Assembly (NCBI GenBank): GCA_964016885.1
Contig: OZ024742.1
Coordinates: 236,158,001-236,222,000, forward strand
Length of the DNA: 64,000 bases
DNA from: Eledone cirrhosa
Taxonomy: Eukaryota
Direction: 5' to 3'
The first letter of the stretch is position 1, and each line of letters begins with the position of its first letter. The position numbers and the translations under genes are program-made. The notes beneath the pieces are model-generated. The model worked only from the letters and a program-made list of their open reading frames with translations. It was not told where the DNA came from and ran no database searches. Below are positions 24,419 through 37,869 of this stretch, piece after piece.

Positions 24419-25939
24419 TCTATATTTATAAAACTGAGGATGTCTGTCTGTGTGTGTGTGAGTTCGAATCCCTAAAACTCGAGAACCACCCAACCGACTG
24501 TTTTCAAACTTTACACATGTAATACTTATGTTTCAGGGAGTGTTCTGGGCAAAGGAATTTCAAATTTTCAATGCCCTATGGACCGCATTTGGCGATTTAG
24601 CGATCTCGCTCTATAATTCTTAGTCTTTCTCTTTTTAGATAGATACATACATATAACGTTGCGCGCTTATAATATATGTCTGTATGTCTGGCTGTCTGCA
24701 TTACGTCACTTCCTACAATTCTCTCTGTATACAGAACGCGCCCTTATAATATCTGTCTGCATGTCTAGCTGTCTGCTGCCTCCGGTTATTCTGCCACCCT
24801 TGCTCAAGCAAATCTCACACTCATTCCCCAAACAGTTGGTAAGTGCACACAACTTCTTCCTCACGTTTTAAGCCAAAGTGTTGCTTAGTTACATACCACC
24901 AGACCCTTACTTCTTTGCCAGCCGTGGTTGTGGCAATACTAAGCTTAGCTAAGGCGGTTATATATTTCACACAACACTAAAAATTAAAGCCGGTACAGAA
25001 AATCATCGCCGTAATAGCTTCAGTTTGCTTACTTACGTGCCTTTACGAGAACAAAAGTTACTATTTTACCGCTTAGTATTGTAGAGAAGCACCAAACCGA
25101 CTGTTTTCAAACTTTACACATGTAATACTTATGTTTCAGGGAGTGTTCTGAGCAAAAAAGATTTCAAATTTTCAATGCCCTAGGGACCGCATTAGGCGAT
25201 TTAGCGATTTCTCTCTATAATTCTTAGTCTTTCTCTTTTTAGATAGATACATACATATAACGTCACGCCCTTATAATATCTGTCTGTATGTCTGGCTGTC
25301 TGCATTACGTCACTTCTCTGAGGATGTGTGTATGTGTGTGTTTGTGTGTCTGTGAGTTTGAATCCCTAAAACTCGAGAAGTACCTAACCGATTTTTTTCA
25401 AACTTTACATGTGTATTACTTATGTTTCAGGGAGTGTTATTCAACTTTTTTTTTTATCTCCTAGGGCTCGCATTAGGTGAAAAAGTGCGCTTTTAAAGAT
25501 TTTTAGGTTTTTTTTGAGGCGTTACGTCAGACCGATTTCCTTGAAATTGTAACTATGTATTAGTCAGTCTCTTCTTCATACCGTGAGCAAAGAAAATTCA
25601 ACTTTCTTATGGCCTAGGGCCCGCATTAGGTGAAAAACTTCATTTTTTCAGCTTGTTAGGGCTTTTTGGAAGCGTTACGTCTAGCCGATTTTCCCGAAAT
25701 TTCAAGGCATATTATGCACATAAAAAAAATTCATTTTCTTGATTCCCTAGGGCCCGCATTAGGTGAAAACCAGCATTTTTCCTGCTTCATCGAGGAAAAT
25801 CTTAAATATTATCCAGCCATCAGAGTATTCGGTTAATTTTCTTTACATATTGTCCAGGCATGCAGTTTTTCCACGATTAGGTCTGTTGGCGACCCGCGTT
25901 CCCAAATACCTTATCCCATGCAACGCCGGGTACTACTGG
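24419..25939 (+). mobile_element. Non-autonomous Helitron-like element with internal duplications
   Basis: 5' TCTATATTTATAAAACTGAGG; 3' hairpin CCCATGCAACGCCGGG followed by CTGG; homologous to 62809-63656. Confidence 0.75.
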
Positions 25940-26397
25940 AAGTATATATATATATGTATGAGCGTGTGTATATATATATGTGGCGGTCTGTGATCTATAT
26001 ACACTGGTCATAGACACACACACACATATATATACACACACTCATATATATATGTGCATATATATATATATATATGCACAACACCATCAGCTCACTCTCT
26101 CTCTCTCTCTCTTCCATTCTCCTTCTCTGTCTCTTCTCCCTCTCTCTATGTCTCTCTTTCAATCTACTCTCTCACAACCACTAACTCTTTCTCTCTATCT
26201 TTCTCTCTCTGTTTATGAAGATACCCAGAAAAAAACCCATACCTCGGGAACCCGTGTTCCGATTTACGCGAAACGTATTTTATTCCATTTGTATTCCCAT
26301 TTCGAAGTCAACTTCCTTTCAAAGTATTTTCCCATTATGCACCCTTTTGGCTGTATCACATTAGAGACAAGCAAGTAAGCAACCAATCACAAAGTTT

Positions 26398-26438
<41 letters not shown>

Positions 26439-26447
26439 TATATATAT

Positions 26448-26640
26448 ATAACGAAGGAAATGTGGTAAGGAACCAGGTGGATCATAACGCACAAAAGTAC
26501 TCAATACTTAGGGTAGTAGAGTGGGTAATAGGAACGAGTAGGACCCCGACGGCTGAGCTCAAGCCGTTTCGACGGCTAATTTTTAGTCCAGAATTAGCCG
26601 TCGAAACGGCTTGAGCTCAGCCGTCGGGGTCCTACTCGTT

Positions 26641-26645
<5 letters not shown>
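26448..26645 (-). mobile_element. Fold-back mini-element with half-hammerhead (family H8), Penelope-like
   Basis: Palindrome 26528-26645 with a longer left arm, flanked by (TA)n; second copy at 56265-56460. Confidence 0.75.
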
Positions 26646-26679
<34 letters not shown>

Positions 26680-26769
26680 AAATACACATAAGAAGTATTA
26701 GAATTCCTTGTAGTAGACAAAACAAAATATTCATTTTCAAAAAAGGTAATTAAAGCAAACCAAATAAAT

Positions 26770-26832
26770 AGGTTCGCCCAGGATTTGAAACTGTGACTTC
26801 TTGCACTCAAAGCGAGAATCATATTACAAGAT
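26770..26832 (-). pseudogene. Degenerate tRNA-Pro relic
   Basis: GGTTCGCCCAGGATTTGAA...GCACTCAAAGCGAGAATCATA. Confidence 0.6.
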
Positions 26833-27494
26833 ACCCGAACCTCATACCCCTAAGACTCACATATTATATTATTTAGTTTTAGACGATAAGCAGTATCCTT
26901 CCGATTAAAACCATTTCTAATTTTAAGAAACAAAACCAACCTTTTAAAATTATTTTTATTTATCCTAAAACTTTCTATGATACTCTTATTTTAAGATTTA
27001 TATGTTAAGTTACTATTTAAGTTAAGTTTAGTAAATCACTCAAAATTTGCCATTATTTAATTGGAATAGGGTGTATTTTATAAGAAATATTTTCAGGAAA
27101 GGGTTGAAATTTCCCATTTATTGCAATTACAGATATCTGAGCTAACAATTAAACTAGGAGTGTTGTTTTATACAACCTATTTACTACGATCGTGATTGAA
27201 GAGCATGGGGGATAGTACTGAGCCTTAAGGGACTCCATTACGAAGGTGGTGCAGTCTGCTCGTCTGTTCGTCGCTGGTTTTCAGGGCAAAGATTCGAGCC
27301 CAAGTTTGTTAACCTCCTCGCGGTGGGCCCTGGAAACTGATCTCTGATTTCAATTAGGCCATCGACACCAACTTGAGCATCAAATCAATAATTGATGTAG
27401 AATGAGAAGTCAAGACCCATTTGTTAAGAGTTCTGGTTTACAAGATTGCTTTTCTTTTGACTCAGTAGAAAGGCTCTGTACACTATGCGAAAGC

Positions 27495-27594
27495 TCTTGC
27501 TCAAGAACACAACCTGTCTCCCGGCCGAGGAATGGAATCTATGACCTTATGGTCGTGAGTCCAACACCCTAATTACTAGGCCACGCGCCTTCAC
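27495..27594 (-). mobile_element. 5' part of a Meta-domain tRNA-SINE (same family as 49672-49960)
   Basis: TCTTGCTCAAGAACACAAC...CACGCGCCTTCAC. Confidence 0.65.
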
Positions 27595-27741
27595 AACAAA
27601 CTATCTAACCAACCAACTAGCTTCTCGAATAGACTCTAACCTTAAAACATATAAATCAGATAAGTATTTCTCCATTCTGTTAACCCAAAAGACTTAAAGA
27701 AATGATAAAACTAGATTGGAAGTAATTGAGAAACTTCCGAG

Positions 27742-27776
<35 letters not shown>

Positions 27777-27983
27777 TATCATCATTACCATCGTCATCAT
27801 GTTGGCGAAAGCAATATATTATTTTTGTGTGAAACAACAATCAGATAAAAAACAGGTGGCTATAAAAATCAATGGATTTTCTTTATCTATTTATTAGAAA
27901 TCATTATTATTATTATTATTTAACCTCGGCGGGATTGAACTCAGATCATAAAAGGAAGCATAGAGTTACGTCCCTTTATGATC

Positions 27984-28037
<54 letters not shown>

Positions 28038-28060
28038 GTTGTTGTTGTTGTTGTTGTTGT

Positions 28061-29837
28061 TTCTTCGCTCAGCTTCTAATGCTGGAGATGTATAACAGTG
28101 TTAGCTGTTCACTCCCAGTGAACTGAGGTAACACCCCTTATTTTTCGAGTACCCTCCGGAGCATTCGAGCTATTACAAGCAATGCTGTATTTTGTAAGTG
28201 TTCCATCCATATTGCAATCCCTATTTGTTTAATGTACTTCTCATGATTTCTACTCACTGTTCCCAAGACAACAACTATTATTGGTATTACCACCATCTTC
28301 TTCAGTGACCACAATTGCTTAACCTACCAAGCTAACCTGTCATATCTATCAATTTTTTTCCTTCTTTATCACATACCATGTTATCAGCTGGACTAGCTAT
28401 ATCAATGATCCAACATTGTTTGCTTTTTTTCTAAATTAATACAATATCTGGTCTCCTATGCTCAATCACACTGTATCACAAAGCCCCACATGATCTTTGC
28501 ATCATCATTTTCAATAACGGCCTCAGGGTTATGTTCGTGTCAGTTTTCTGCTCTGTTAAGTGCATATTTGCCATAAAGTGCCCAATGGACTCTCCTTGCT
28601 ATGTTGTCGTGACGTCTCTTATATTCTTTCTGAGCTAGGGGTGTACACTGGTAATATGCCATACAGTTTCTCCATTCATGTCGCAAATTCTATAGTTATC
28701 ACTTTCTGTTGCGTGGTTTACTCTCTGCTTAATGTAGTTAGTTCCTAGTGCTAGTCCTTGAGCAACCCAGATTAAGGCATCTGTTTCCGGTTTTAGATCA
28801 CTTCTAGCCATCCATAACCACCTTTTTTCTCTGTCTGACCTATCCTCAACATCTCTATGGAATTGTCCATACATTCTTTTTTCTGCCCATCCATTTTCAG
28901 TTTCATCCATCTTCAAATGTTTCTACTGTTTTTCTTTACAATCTTCTATTTTGCACATCCCTTACCTTCTTACTTCCATCAACAGTGGTTCTGTGGAATT
29001 TTCTATGTACCATGCCATGTTATTTTCTTCTGTTCTAATTCTGTCTTCACATCATATCAGTCCTCTCCCTCCTCTTCTTTTTGGTACATATAATCTGTCT
29101 GAATCGCTCTTTGGGTGAAGTACTCCATATCTAGTCAATATCTTTATTGTCTTTCGGTCTAAACTGTTTAGCTCTTCCACTGTCTGTGTGATCACCCCTG
29201 CTCCATATCCAAGGAGTGATACCATCCATGTGTTGATAGCTTCCATCTTATTCCGTCCATTTAGTTTCGACTTGAGAATAAGTCTCAGTCTGCGCATGTA
29301 TTCCACCCTAAATATTTCTTTCATTTCTTCTTCCAATATTTCTAAGTACTTATAACCTTCCACTTCTATTTGCTTCATAACCTTTCTTGATAGCAGCACT
29401 AACCATTTCTTCTCTGTTCAAGATTAATACACCACAGTTTTTTTAACCCAAACTCCAATATTGTGTCAGCACTAAATGTATATACCATATCAACAAGGGA
29501 ACCAAGCTGGGATTCATTCTTACCGTAAAGTTTGAGGTCATCCATGAATAATAGGCGGTTGACTTTTTGCTGGTGATCTTTGAATTCATACCCAGCCTTA
29601 GCTTTTCTTAAAATAATTGCCAGTGGTATCATGCACAGAATAAACATCAGTGGTGACAGGCTGTTCCCTTGCAACACACCTCTCTTGATTTCTATTGTTC
29701 CTAGATTTCTTCCATATGCTGTCAGTTCAGTTTTCCACTTTTTCATACTTTTCTTTAAGAATCGCTCATTTGATGCATTACCAAATAAGTTAATGCCTCC
29801 CATAATCCAAGAGTGCAGAATCATGCCGTAGGCTTTG
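28061..29837 (-). mobile_element. R4-clade (Dong/Rex6-like) non-LTR retrotransposon, 5'-truncated and decayed
   Basis: KAY..HSWI, RGVLQGNSLSPL.F, LLFMDDLKLY, KLNGRNK..AINTW, LDRKT.K, HPKSD.DRLYVP...GGRGL, MYGQF, CxxC/ET..HI, RRHD and RPDIV. The 3' end runs into (CAA)n(TAA)n at 27985-28061. Confidence 0.88.
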
Positions 29838-32800
29838 CAGTGACTCCTTGCAAAATCGGCATAGTCATTATGTACCCCTCCCACATGGGAAAAAAGAACA
29901 GTAAGAGTCCACAAACTCAGGATTCCGCCAAGACTAGAAATGCCGTAGCTCCTGGGATGCGTGATTATGGAGGGTACAGATGCCGTCATGATCGAGGTGA
30001 CAAAAACGGCTATGGAGGACTGGCCGGGGTTGAATTGGAGATACAGAAAAATCCCGGACCACATCCATCTCCCAAAACGGGACGGTTCTGCACGTAATGA
30101 CTGAGGGCAAAAGGCTGCACTGTTTAGTCTGCGGCGAAACAATGCATTTGCGAGCCTTATCTCTTCAACTGAAAAATGCAAGGGGTCGAAAGCCTCTACT
30201 GCTGCCGACGCCAAACACACACACAAACACAGGAACACTTACAGACACATGCATCCCGTCTTCCAGTAGCGAAGACGAGGCAAAACTTAAAGCCAAAAAA
30301 GAAAAAAAGAAGGCACAAAAAAAAACTCGACACATCACACATACACCCACCACAGATCTTGCAGACATCACACACACACCTCTTCCACAACAACACAAAC
30401 ACCAACACCACCACCACCAGCACCATCACAATCCCATAAACGCAAACAACCACAACAAACGCAAAAAACAAAAACAAGACACACAACTTCGTGTTAGTAA
30501 GAAGGGCCATCAAATTCTTGCTGGTCCTGATAAAACGAAGGTAAGAAATAGAAAGAGGGGGAGATATTTGGAACGAGCACATTTCGCGTGCCAGAAAATT
30601 TACTATTGGTACAAATGTCGCTCGACTCCTACAAAGGGATTAGAGAGAGATTTTCGCGGAACGTGGGAACCCTGAATATGAAACCCACTTCAAGACTGTT
30701 AAAGGGGTTCTCAAAAGAAACACTACCAACCATGTAGGTCGAACCACCCGACCCCCTCACAAGTCCCCTGGAGGTAAGGAAACCTTCCCCCTCTCTCCTT
30801 TAGCCTGCTAATATGGCAATCCTAAGAGTAGGATATATAAATGTTCGTGGCCTGGTGTCGTCCTGGACGCAGGGTCGCCTGCTGAACGACCTCAGGTCGC
30901 TAGATATGGATGTGATTGCCATCAGCGAGACTAGGATTTCTAACACGCATGGACTAGCCCCTATTCGTGACGATTAAGAGATCTACGCATCCCTTACTCA
31001 GCCTGAAATGGGAGGCCGGGTGGCAGTGATATTTAGGAAAGGCCTGGGTCTCGAGGTAGGGCCAATCTTCCTGGGCCCGGATGGTAAGCTGGGGGTCCTA
31101 GATGTGAACAATAGTGAAGGTGGTGTTTTTAGACTGGTGGCTGTCTACACTACGACTGGAGTAGGACGACCAGACTTCTTTAGGTGTCTGGAAGCTTTTC
31201 TAGTGCTAGCGGGGGACTGAAACGGGATCTTGGACGCAAGTTGGGACTGTATGGGAGCAGCCGATAGAAGTTGGGGGTGCAAACGCCTCCAAAACCTGAT
31301 CAGCCAGTTTCAACTGTCTGACAGCTACCGACTAGATTTCCCTAATGTACTAGTGTGGACCTGGACAAACCGCTTAGGGACACTAGGATCGTACTTAGAT
31401 AGGTTTCTAATTAGGTTAGTGGATAAGGATAGTATAGGGTATCCACAGTTTAATAAGGTTGCCTATTCAGACCACAACTTTGTGATCTGCATGGTCGACC
31501 TAGATAGAAGACGTAGACGGGTACCCAGTTACTGAAAGCTTAACGCGTCGTTCCCGGTGCGTAAAGTCTACAGCGACCGGATTAGTAAATTAGTTAAGCT
31601 GCTATTGACAGGAGCCATCATCAACAACAGGTGGTGGGGCGCTCCCAGAAGAGGTATTAGAGTAGAATCCATATTATTCAGTAAAGAAGTAGCGATAGGA
31701 AAAAATAAAATGGAGGGGGAGTTAGTAACTAAATTAGACGAGGCGATTAGTAGTGGCATTGTAACTGACGTGCTGGCTGCGAGAATGGCACTAGACCATT
31801 TCTTCAATCTGAAACACGAAGGCTACATTGTCAGATCTAAGGTGCGTGCTCTAAGAAACGAGGGAACGAAAGCTGTTCGATTGGACCTAGTAGCCGAGGC
31901 GCAGCATGGTAACAAAACATCAATTCGGTCTTTGACGAGCAGAAACTGACGCGAGCTGAACGATTCCAGGCAGATGTGTGAGAGCTTTCGCCAGCACTTT
32001 GCTCCGCTGTTCGGGGTGAGTCGCGGGTCGGAGACGGTAGCAGACTTCAGTGCCTAACTCGACGGATTACCGCGTCTCTCGACTGCCGATTCTAGACACT
32101 GCGAAAGGCCGATAACTTTGGCCGAAATTCGGGATACCCTAGTCGGCTGCGTGAGGCGCACATCACCCGGTCTTCCCTACGAGCTTTACGTAGACATGCC
32201 AGACTTGTTTTCCAATCTTCTCGAAGCACTCTACTGGAACTAGCAGCAGAACAGGAGTATTCCCAGTTTTGTGAGCTGGGGCATAGTGACGCTTGTGAGG
32301 AATGACGAGAACAAGAGTGTTACTTTAGATAATTTCAGGCCCATAACTCTGCTAAACAGGAAGTTTAAGATTTTGACCAAGATGTTAGTGAAGAAGTTGG
32401 CGCTTGTCATCAAGGATTTGGTTAGGGAGGCACAAACTTGCGCAATCCCGGCCAGGTCCATACACGACAACCTCCACCTCATGCTATACATAATAGAGAG
32501 AATAGGGTGTAAACCTGGCTTCGGTGGGGCTCTGATCAATATAGATCAATCGAAAGCTTTCGATAGGGTCGACCATTGATACCTGGAGGCTGTCCTCAAG
32601 GCAGCTGGCTTTCGTCCCGTCTTCAGAGGCTGGATCCCTGCAATGCACAGTGGCATCTGCTCGGTAATTAAAGTTAATGGCCACCTTTCACAATCATTTC
32701 AGATCTCCGGATCGGTCCGTCAAGGGTGCCCTCTCACCTCCCTTCTGTACGTATTGACTCTCGAGCCCTTTACTGCAGAAGCTGGAACTGTTGCAAGGTA

Positions 32801-34350
32801 TCCCGCTCGAACCGAGACACCGGAGGGCTGTGTCGGCATACGCGTATGGCATCACTATGATGGTGTCGAGCACCTCGGAAATCGAAGTTGTCGGCACCTT
32901 CTTAGAAGAATATGAAAAGTTGACGGCAACGAAACTAACCCCGGAAAAATCGGTGGGCTTGCAGCTCGGCACCTGGAGAGACAATTCCATGCCACCCAAC
33001 AGTGTCGTAGGGTGTTGGACGGACGGACCGGTAAAGTTGCTCGGGGTTTGGTTCGGACCCGACCTCCAGGTGGATAAGAAATGGAACAGGGTAGCCACAC
33101 TCACCCAGAAATGGGCCAAGTTTGGGTAGAGGTGGCCAATGCGTACATCGCGTCCGTCATCTACTACCACCTGACCGTCGTGCCGTGCCACCGTTCGCGC
33201 CTCACCAAATTGGAGCGGCTACTCTTCAACTTCTTGGGGAGGGGACAGGTTCCGTTGGTGAGGCGGTCCATCTTCTGCCAGCACCCTCTACGCGCTGAGG
33301 CTGCGGCATCTGCAGATATTCTGCCTAAGCCGTGAGCAGGTGTGGTCGCCGTTTGTCAGACAGACCTTTCCGCAGCTTATTTCTTTGATTGAGCTGGAGT
33401 CCTGGGTTAAGAAGAAAGCGAGACTGGGCGTCTGGCATCTGGAATATTGCCAGGCGTTCACTGCCCTCTACCAGGCGGGTAATGCGGTCAGTAGAACTTC
33501 CACTCTAGCGTTCTATAAAGCATTGGTGGTGGGCAAGTGCAACGACGCTCTCTGAGAAATTCTAGGCGTCGACGAGAATGAACTAACCAGTCTTTTCCGG
33601 AAGACTTTCGAACCAGGGACTATGGACAATTTCCAGAAATCTCTCGCTTGGCAATGCTACCGGGAGCCCTGCCGGTTCAAGATAAACTCTATAGGCCTGG
33701 TAGTGCTGTCAGACGGAACCATCCGAGATGCGCGCAGAGCGACGAAACCGTTTTGCACGTGTATTGCTTACTTATGGAGTTATGTCTAACAACTATTATC
33801 GCGTGTGGGCCGGATCCGGCTATTGAGTCCATAGTGAAGATCGCCTCGCCGCCTTCTTTTGACCGGGAAGAGCAGTCAGTTTTCTTGTCTGATAGCTGTA
33901 GTGAAAGAGGTTGTGTGGTGGACGCGACCGAAAGGTCTGAAGACAGATACTTTACTCTTTGGTCAAGCCCTCGTCAACCTTTTCAAGTTCCACTTGGAAA
34001 GGAAGATAAGGGTGGAGAGAGGAATGCAGCCCCAAGAACATTTTTTTAAAGGTGGGTGATTGTTGCGAGAATGGCTCGTGTGAATGGGCCAACTCTGAGT
34101 ATGCACCTGAAGGCTGGAAAGATGGAGGGAGAGAGGAGCGCCCTCCAAGGGTGCTCTTGGAAATGAGGGCGTGTTGGGATTTGTGGGGTTCCGAACGTCA
34201 CACCTGGGTGGTATTCCCCCTTATTGGGGAATTCTCTTGATATTTTTTGTTTATTTGTTTTGTTATTTTTACTTGAATGCATGTAAATGCCCACTGTCCT
34301 TGTCTTTGTATTGTCCTCTATGTTCGGCCCTGGTGGCCAATGATAAAAAC
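29838..34350 (+). mobile_element. Tx1/L1-clade LINE, near full length but pseudogenised (ORF1 Zn knuckle; ORF2 APE-RT-Zn)
   Basis: ORF1 has CLVCGETMH. ORF2 starts at ATG 30813: MAILRVGYINVRGL..ISETR, LAGD.N, SYLDRF, SDH, NFRPITLLN, DQSKAFDRVDH, SVRQGCPL and C-terminal CPRC-like..ETVLH. Multiple stops and frameshifts; ends ..GGCCAATGATAAAAAC then (ATT)n. Confidence 0.9.
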
Positions 34351-34374
34351 ATTATTATTATTATTATTATCATT

Positions 34375-34578
34375 GTTGGTGGATTGGTAGAGAGTCGGAC
34401 ACCATGGTTTGTAGCATAGAGTTACGGCCCTTTACGGTCTGAGTTCAAATCCCGCTGAGGTTAACTTTGCCTTTCATACTTACGGGGTCGATAAAATAAA
34501 GCACCAGTAACGTACTGGGGTCGATTTAATCGACTTTCTCCTCCCTCTAAATTACTGGCCTTGTGCCTATAGTAAAAA

Positions 34579-34616
<38 letters not shown>
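34375..34616 (+). mobile_element. Nin-SINE with (ATT)n tail, directly after the Tx1 3' end
   Basis: Full head, core and tail CTGGCCTTGTGCCTATAGTAAAAATC(ATT)n. Confidence 0.85.
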
Positions 34617-34617
<1 letters not shown>

Positions 34618-35871
34618 GTTGCGTTCTGTTTCGTTTTAGCCTGAAATTATCAGATTTACTCGATTTGACAGACTATTTCCACCTAAATTATCGCTGGATT
34701 ATCTATGAGGTCTCTCATTTGATACTTCCACCAAACTTAGAAAAAACTTGTTGAAATGTATGTGTTGTTTAGTGAGAGTATGTATGTATGTATGTATGTA
34801 TGTATGAGAGTGACAGAGGAAGAAAAAGAGGGAGTAAAATTTTGGTGAGAAATAGTTAACCCGTTGATCCAAGACTCAGGATAACAATGTGATATATTTA
34901 GCAGTCTTCTTCCTCATATTACTTTTATTTTGTTGTTGTTGTTGATATTCTCCTCCTCCTCCTCCTCCTTCTTCTTCTTCTTCTTCTTCTTCTTCTTCTT
35001 CTTCTTCTTCTTCTTCTTCTTCTCTTTTTTTCCCCCTGTTGGTATAGGTTGAGCGAGATTTCTTTTGAGGAAGTTTTTCTATTTTATTATAGAAATATGT
35101 TGTAGAACTGAACCCCCAACCACATGGTTGTGAAGCGAAATTCTTAACCACGTCGCCCTATATAACTATCTACTTATTTCCGTAGTTGTAACAAACACGA
35201 TACACGTATTTAATAAATAGATTCTATGCTGGAACTTAACATCTTACTCATAAAATTCACACCTCATTTTAAACTGGTGCACACAGTCGAGATCTACTAA
35301 GAAAGAACACATGTAATGACAAATATATGTTAATGATATGCAGGCAGTAACATAAGTTTGCAATATTGCCCAGTAGCGACTTGCCGAAATAAATGGTGGC
35401 TACAATAAAATCATTGGTCTTATCGTCGTGACCTTTGCTTTCGGCATATTGTAATCGGAAGAGGCAGCCATTAATCTTAAAGGTCACGAAAAGTCGTTGA
35501 TTGTGCGATGAGTTAGCGGAGTAGTTGGCATGGTAAGGGTAGGTGGGATTAATGATAGAAGTCTGTTAACTGATTGTAAGTCTTGGAGAATATATCACAG
35601 AATGCTTATCAAATTAAGTGGAAGTGGAAGTGACAATACTATGTGTCAGCGTGAAGTGTTATCGGGCCTCTCAATATCGCTATAATAACTCTGCTGCTCT
35701 CCCTCCCCCCCGACCGACACGTATTTTGATATTGAGACTAGACTAGACTACTAAAATGGAAGATAGATACAGAGCGAGGTTTACATGCGTATTTATTAAA
35801 CTTTCCATCACGGAAAATAGAAACCAAAGAAATACATACACTAACACACACACACACACACTGGCATATAT

Positions 35872-35908
<37 letters not shown>

Positions 35909-36019
35909 AACACATATATATAAATATATATGTGTGTGAGTGTGTGTGTATGTGCGTGTGCGTATGTATGTGAATGTATATGGGTGTATATATATATGTA
36001 TATATATATATATATATAT

Positions 36020-36751
36020 TTAAAACAATAGAGGTGTGACACACGAGTTGTGATATATTAGTAAAAAGGAAAAGAAAATGGTGACAAATTTTTCCCCGTG
36101 AAAAATAGTTTAATTAGGAATAAGTATAAATTAGTAATTGTTTCTACTATTGGCACAAGGCCAGAAATTTACCAGTACTACTGGTACTTTATTTTATCGA
36201 CCCCGTAAGGATGAAAGGCAAAGTTAACCTCGGCGGGATTTGAACTCAGAATGGCAAGGGCCGTAACTCTATGCGTCAAAGCATGGCGTTCGACCCTCTA
36301 CCGATACTGCCAATCCACCGCCCAAGTGTAGATTAGAAATAAGTATTAGTTAGTATTCAGTTTTAGTTTTAAGTTTTTACCGGTTGCGCATTTCTAATGC
36401 TTTTCAAAAATAATTTTGACATGGAGTGCTCGTGATGTTTGCTCTAATCTGATCAGTTTGGGAAATTCTTCCTGTTTTATATGAAAAAAGTGGCTTGGAA
36501 GGTATTAAGATTTGGTTGGTTGTTGAATGTCACGTGAATAAGCACTATAAATTTCGCGCCAATTCGTGTTGCAAAAATTCTTGTAGTCAAAACAATTTTG
36601 ATTGGTCGCTAGAAGTCACGTGAATGTTTAAATTGATTTTAGCGCGAACTGGTTTCGCACCAAATGTAGGTTTCTCGAAGAGTGTCCTTTTCAGCTTGAT
36701 TGAGTTGCAGCCATGTTGAGAGGTCAACAGTTCAGGTGTCTATTAAGACAA

Positions 36752-36787
<36 letters not shown>

Positions 36788-37869
36788 CAAAGTGGTTCAT
36801 TGTTGTGATAATGGAGATGAATCGGTCAGTAGGAATGTGTGTGTACGTGTGTGTGTGGGGGGGGGGGCACACATGTATTGCACATTGATGGGTGCATACG
36901 TATTTGTACACAAGTATCCCATACGGCAGGGCCAAATGTATTCCCCTTGCAGTACGTACAATCTGGACTTACACACGCCTTGTTGTCATGACAATACTAT
37001 ACATCATTTCACCTCTTTTATTATTGATGTTATTGATGTTCTTTTGAGAGAATCGCTTTTGCAAATGACTGAAAATATCGAATAATGTACACCATTTTTA
37101 CCAGTACCACAAAAATACTGGTCCATCCACACACACACGCACACACGCATGCACACGCGCACACTAACATACAGACATACACACAGACACAGACACACAC
37201 ACACACACACTTCTTCGTATAAGACAAGAGCTGAAAAATATGTTTCAACATGTTAAAATAATCCCCCCCCCCCCACACACACACAAACACGTACACACAC
37301 ATTCCTACTGACCGATTCATCTCCATTATCACAACAATGAACCACTTTGCTACACACACACACACACACACACACACATATTTGTCTTAATAGACACCTG
37401 AACTGTTGACCTCTCAACATGGCTGCAACTCAATCAAGCTGAAAAGGACACTCTTCGAGAAACCTACTTTTGGTGCGAAACCAGTTCGCGCTAAAATCAA
37501 TTTAAACATTCACGTGACTTCTAGCGACCAATCAAAATTGTTTTGACTACAAGAATTTTTGCAACACGAATTGGCGCGAAATTTATCGTGCTTATTCACG
37601 TGACATTCAACAACCAACCAAATCTTAATACCTTCCAAGCCACTTTTTTCACATAAAACAGGAAGAATTTCCAAAACTGATCAGATTAGAGCAAACATCA
37701 CGAGCACTCTATCTCAAAATTATTTTTGAAAAGCATTAGAAATGCGCAACCTGTAAAAACTTAAAACTAAAACTGAATACTAACTAATACTTATTACTAA
37801 TTTATACTTATTCCTAATTAAACTATTTTTCACTGGGAAAAATTTGTCACTATTTTCTTTTCCTTTTTA

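Noticed and set aside
29399-30238. 279-aa ORF as a novel RT fusion protein
   Set aside because: Chimera of antisense Tx1 ORF1 and the truncated R4 RT across their junction.
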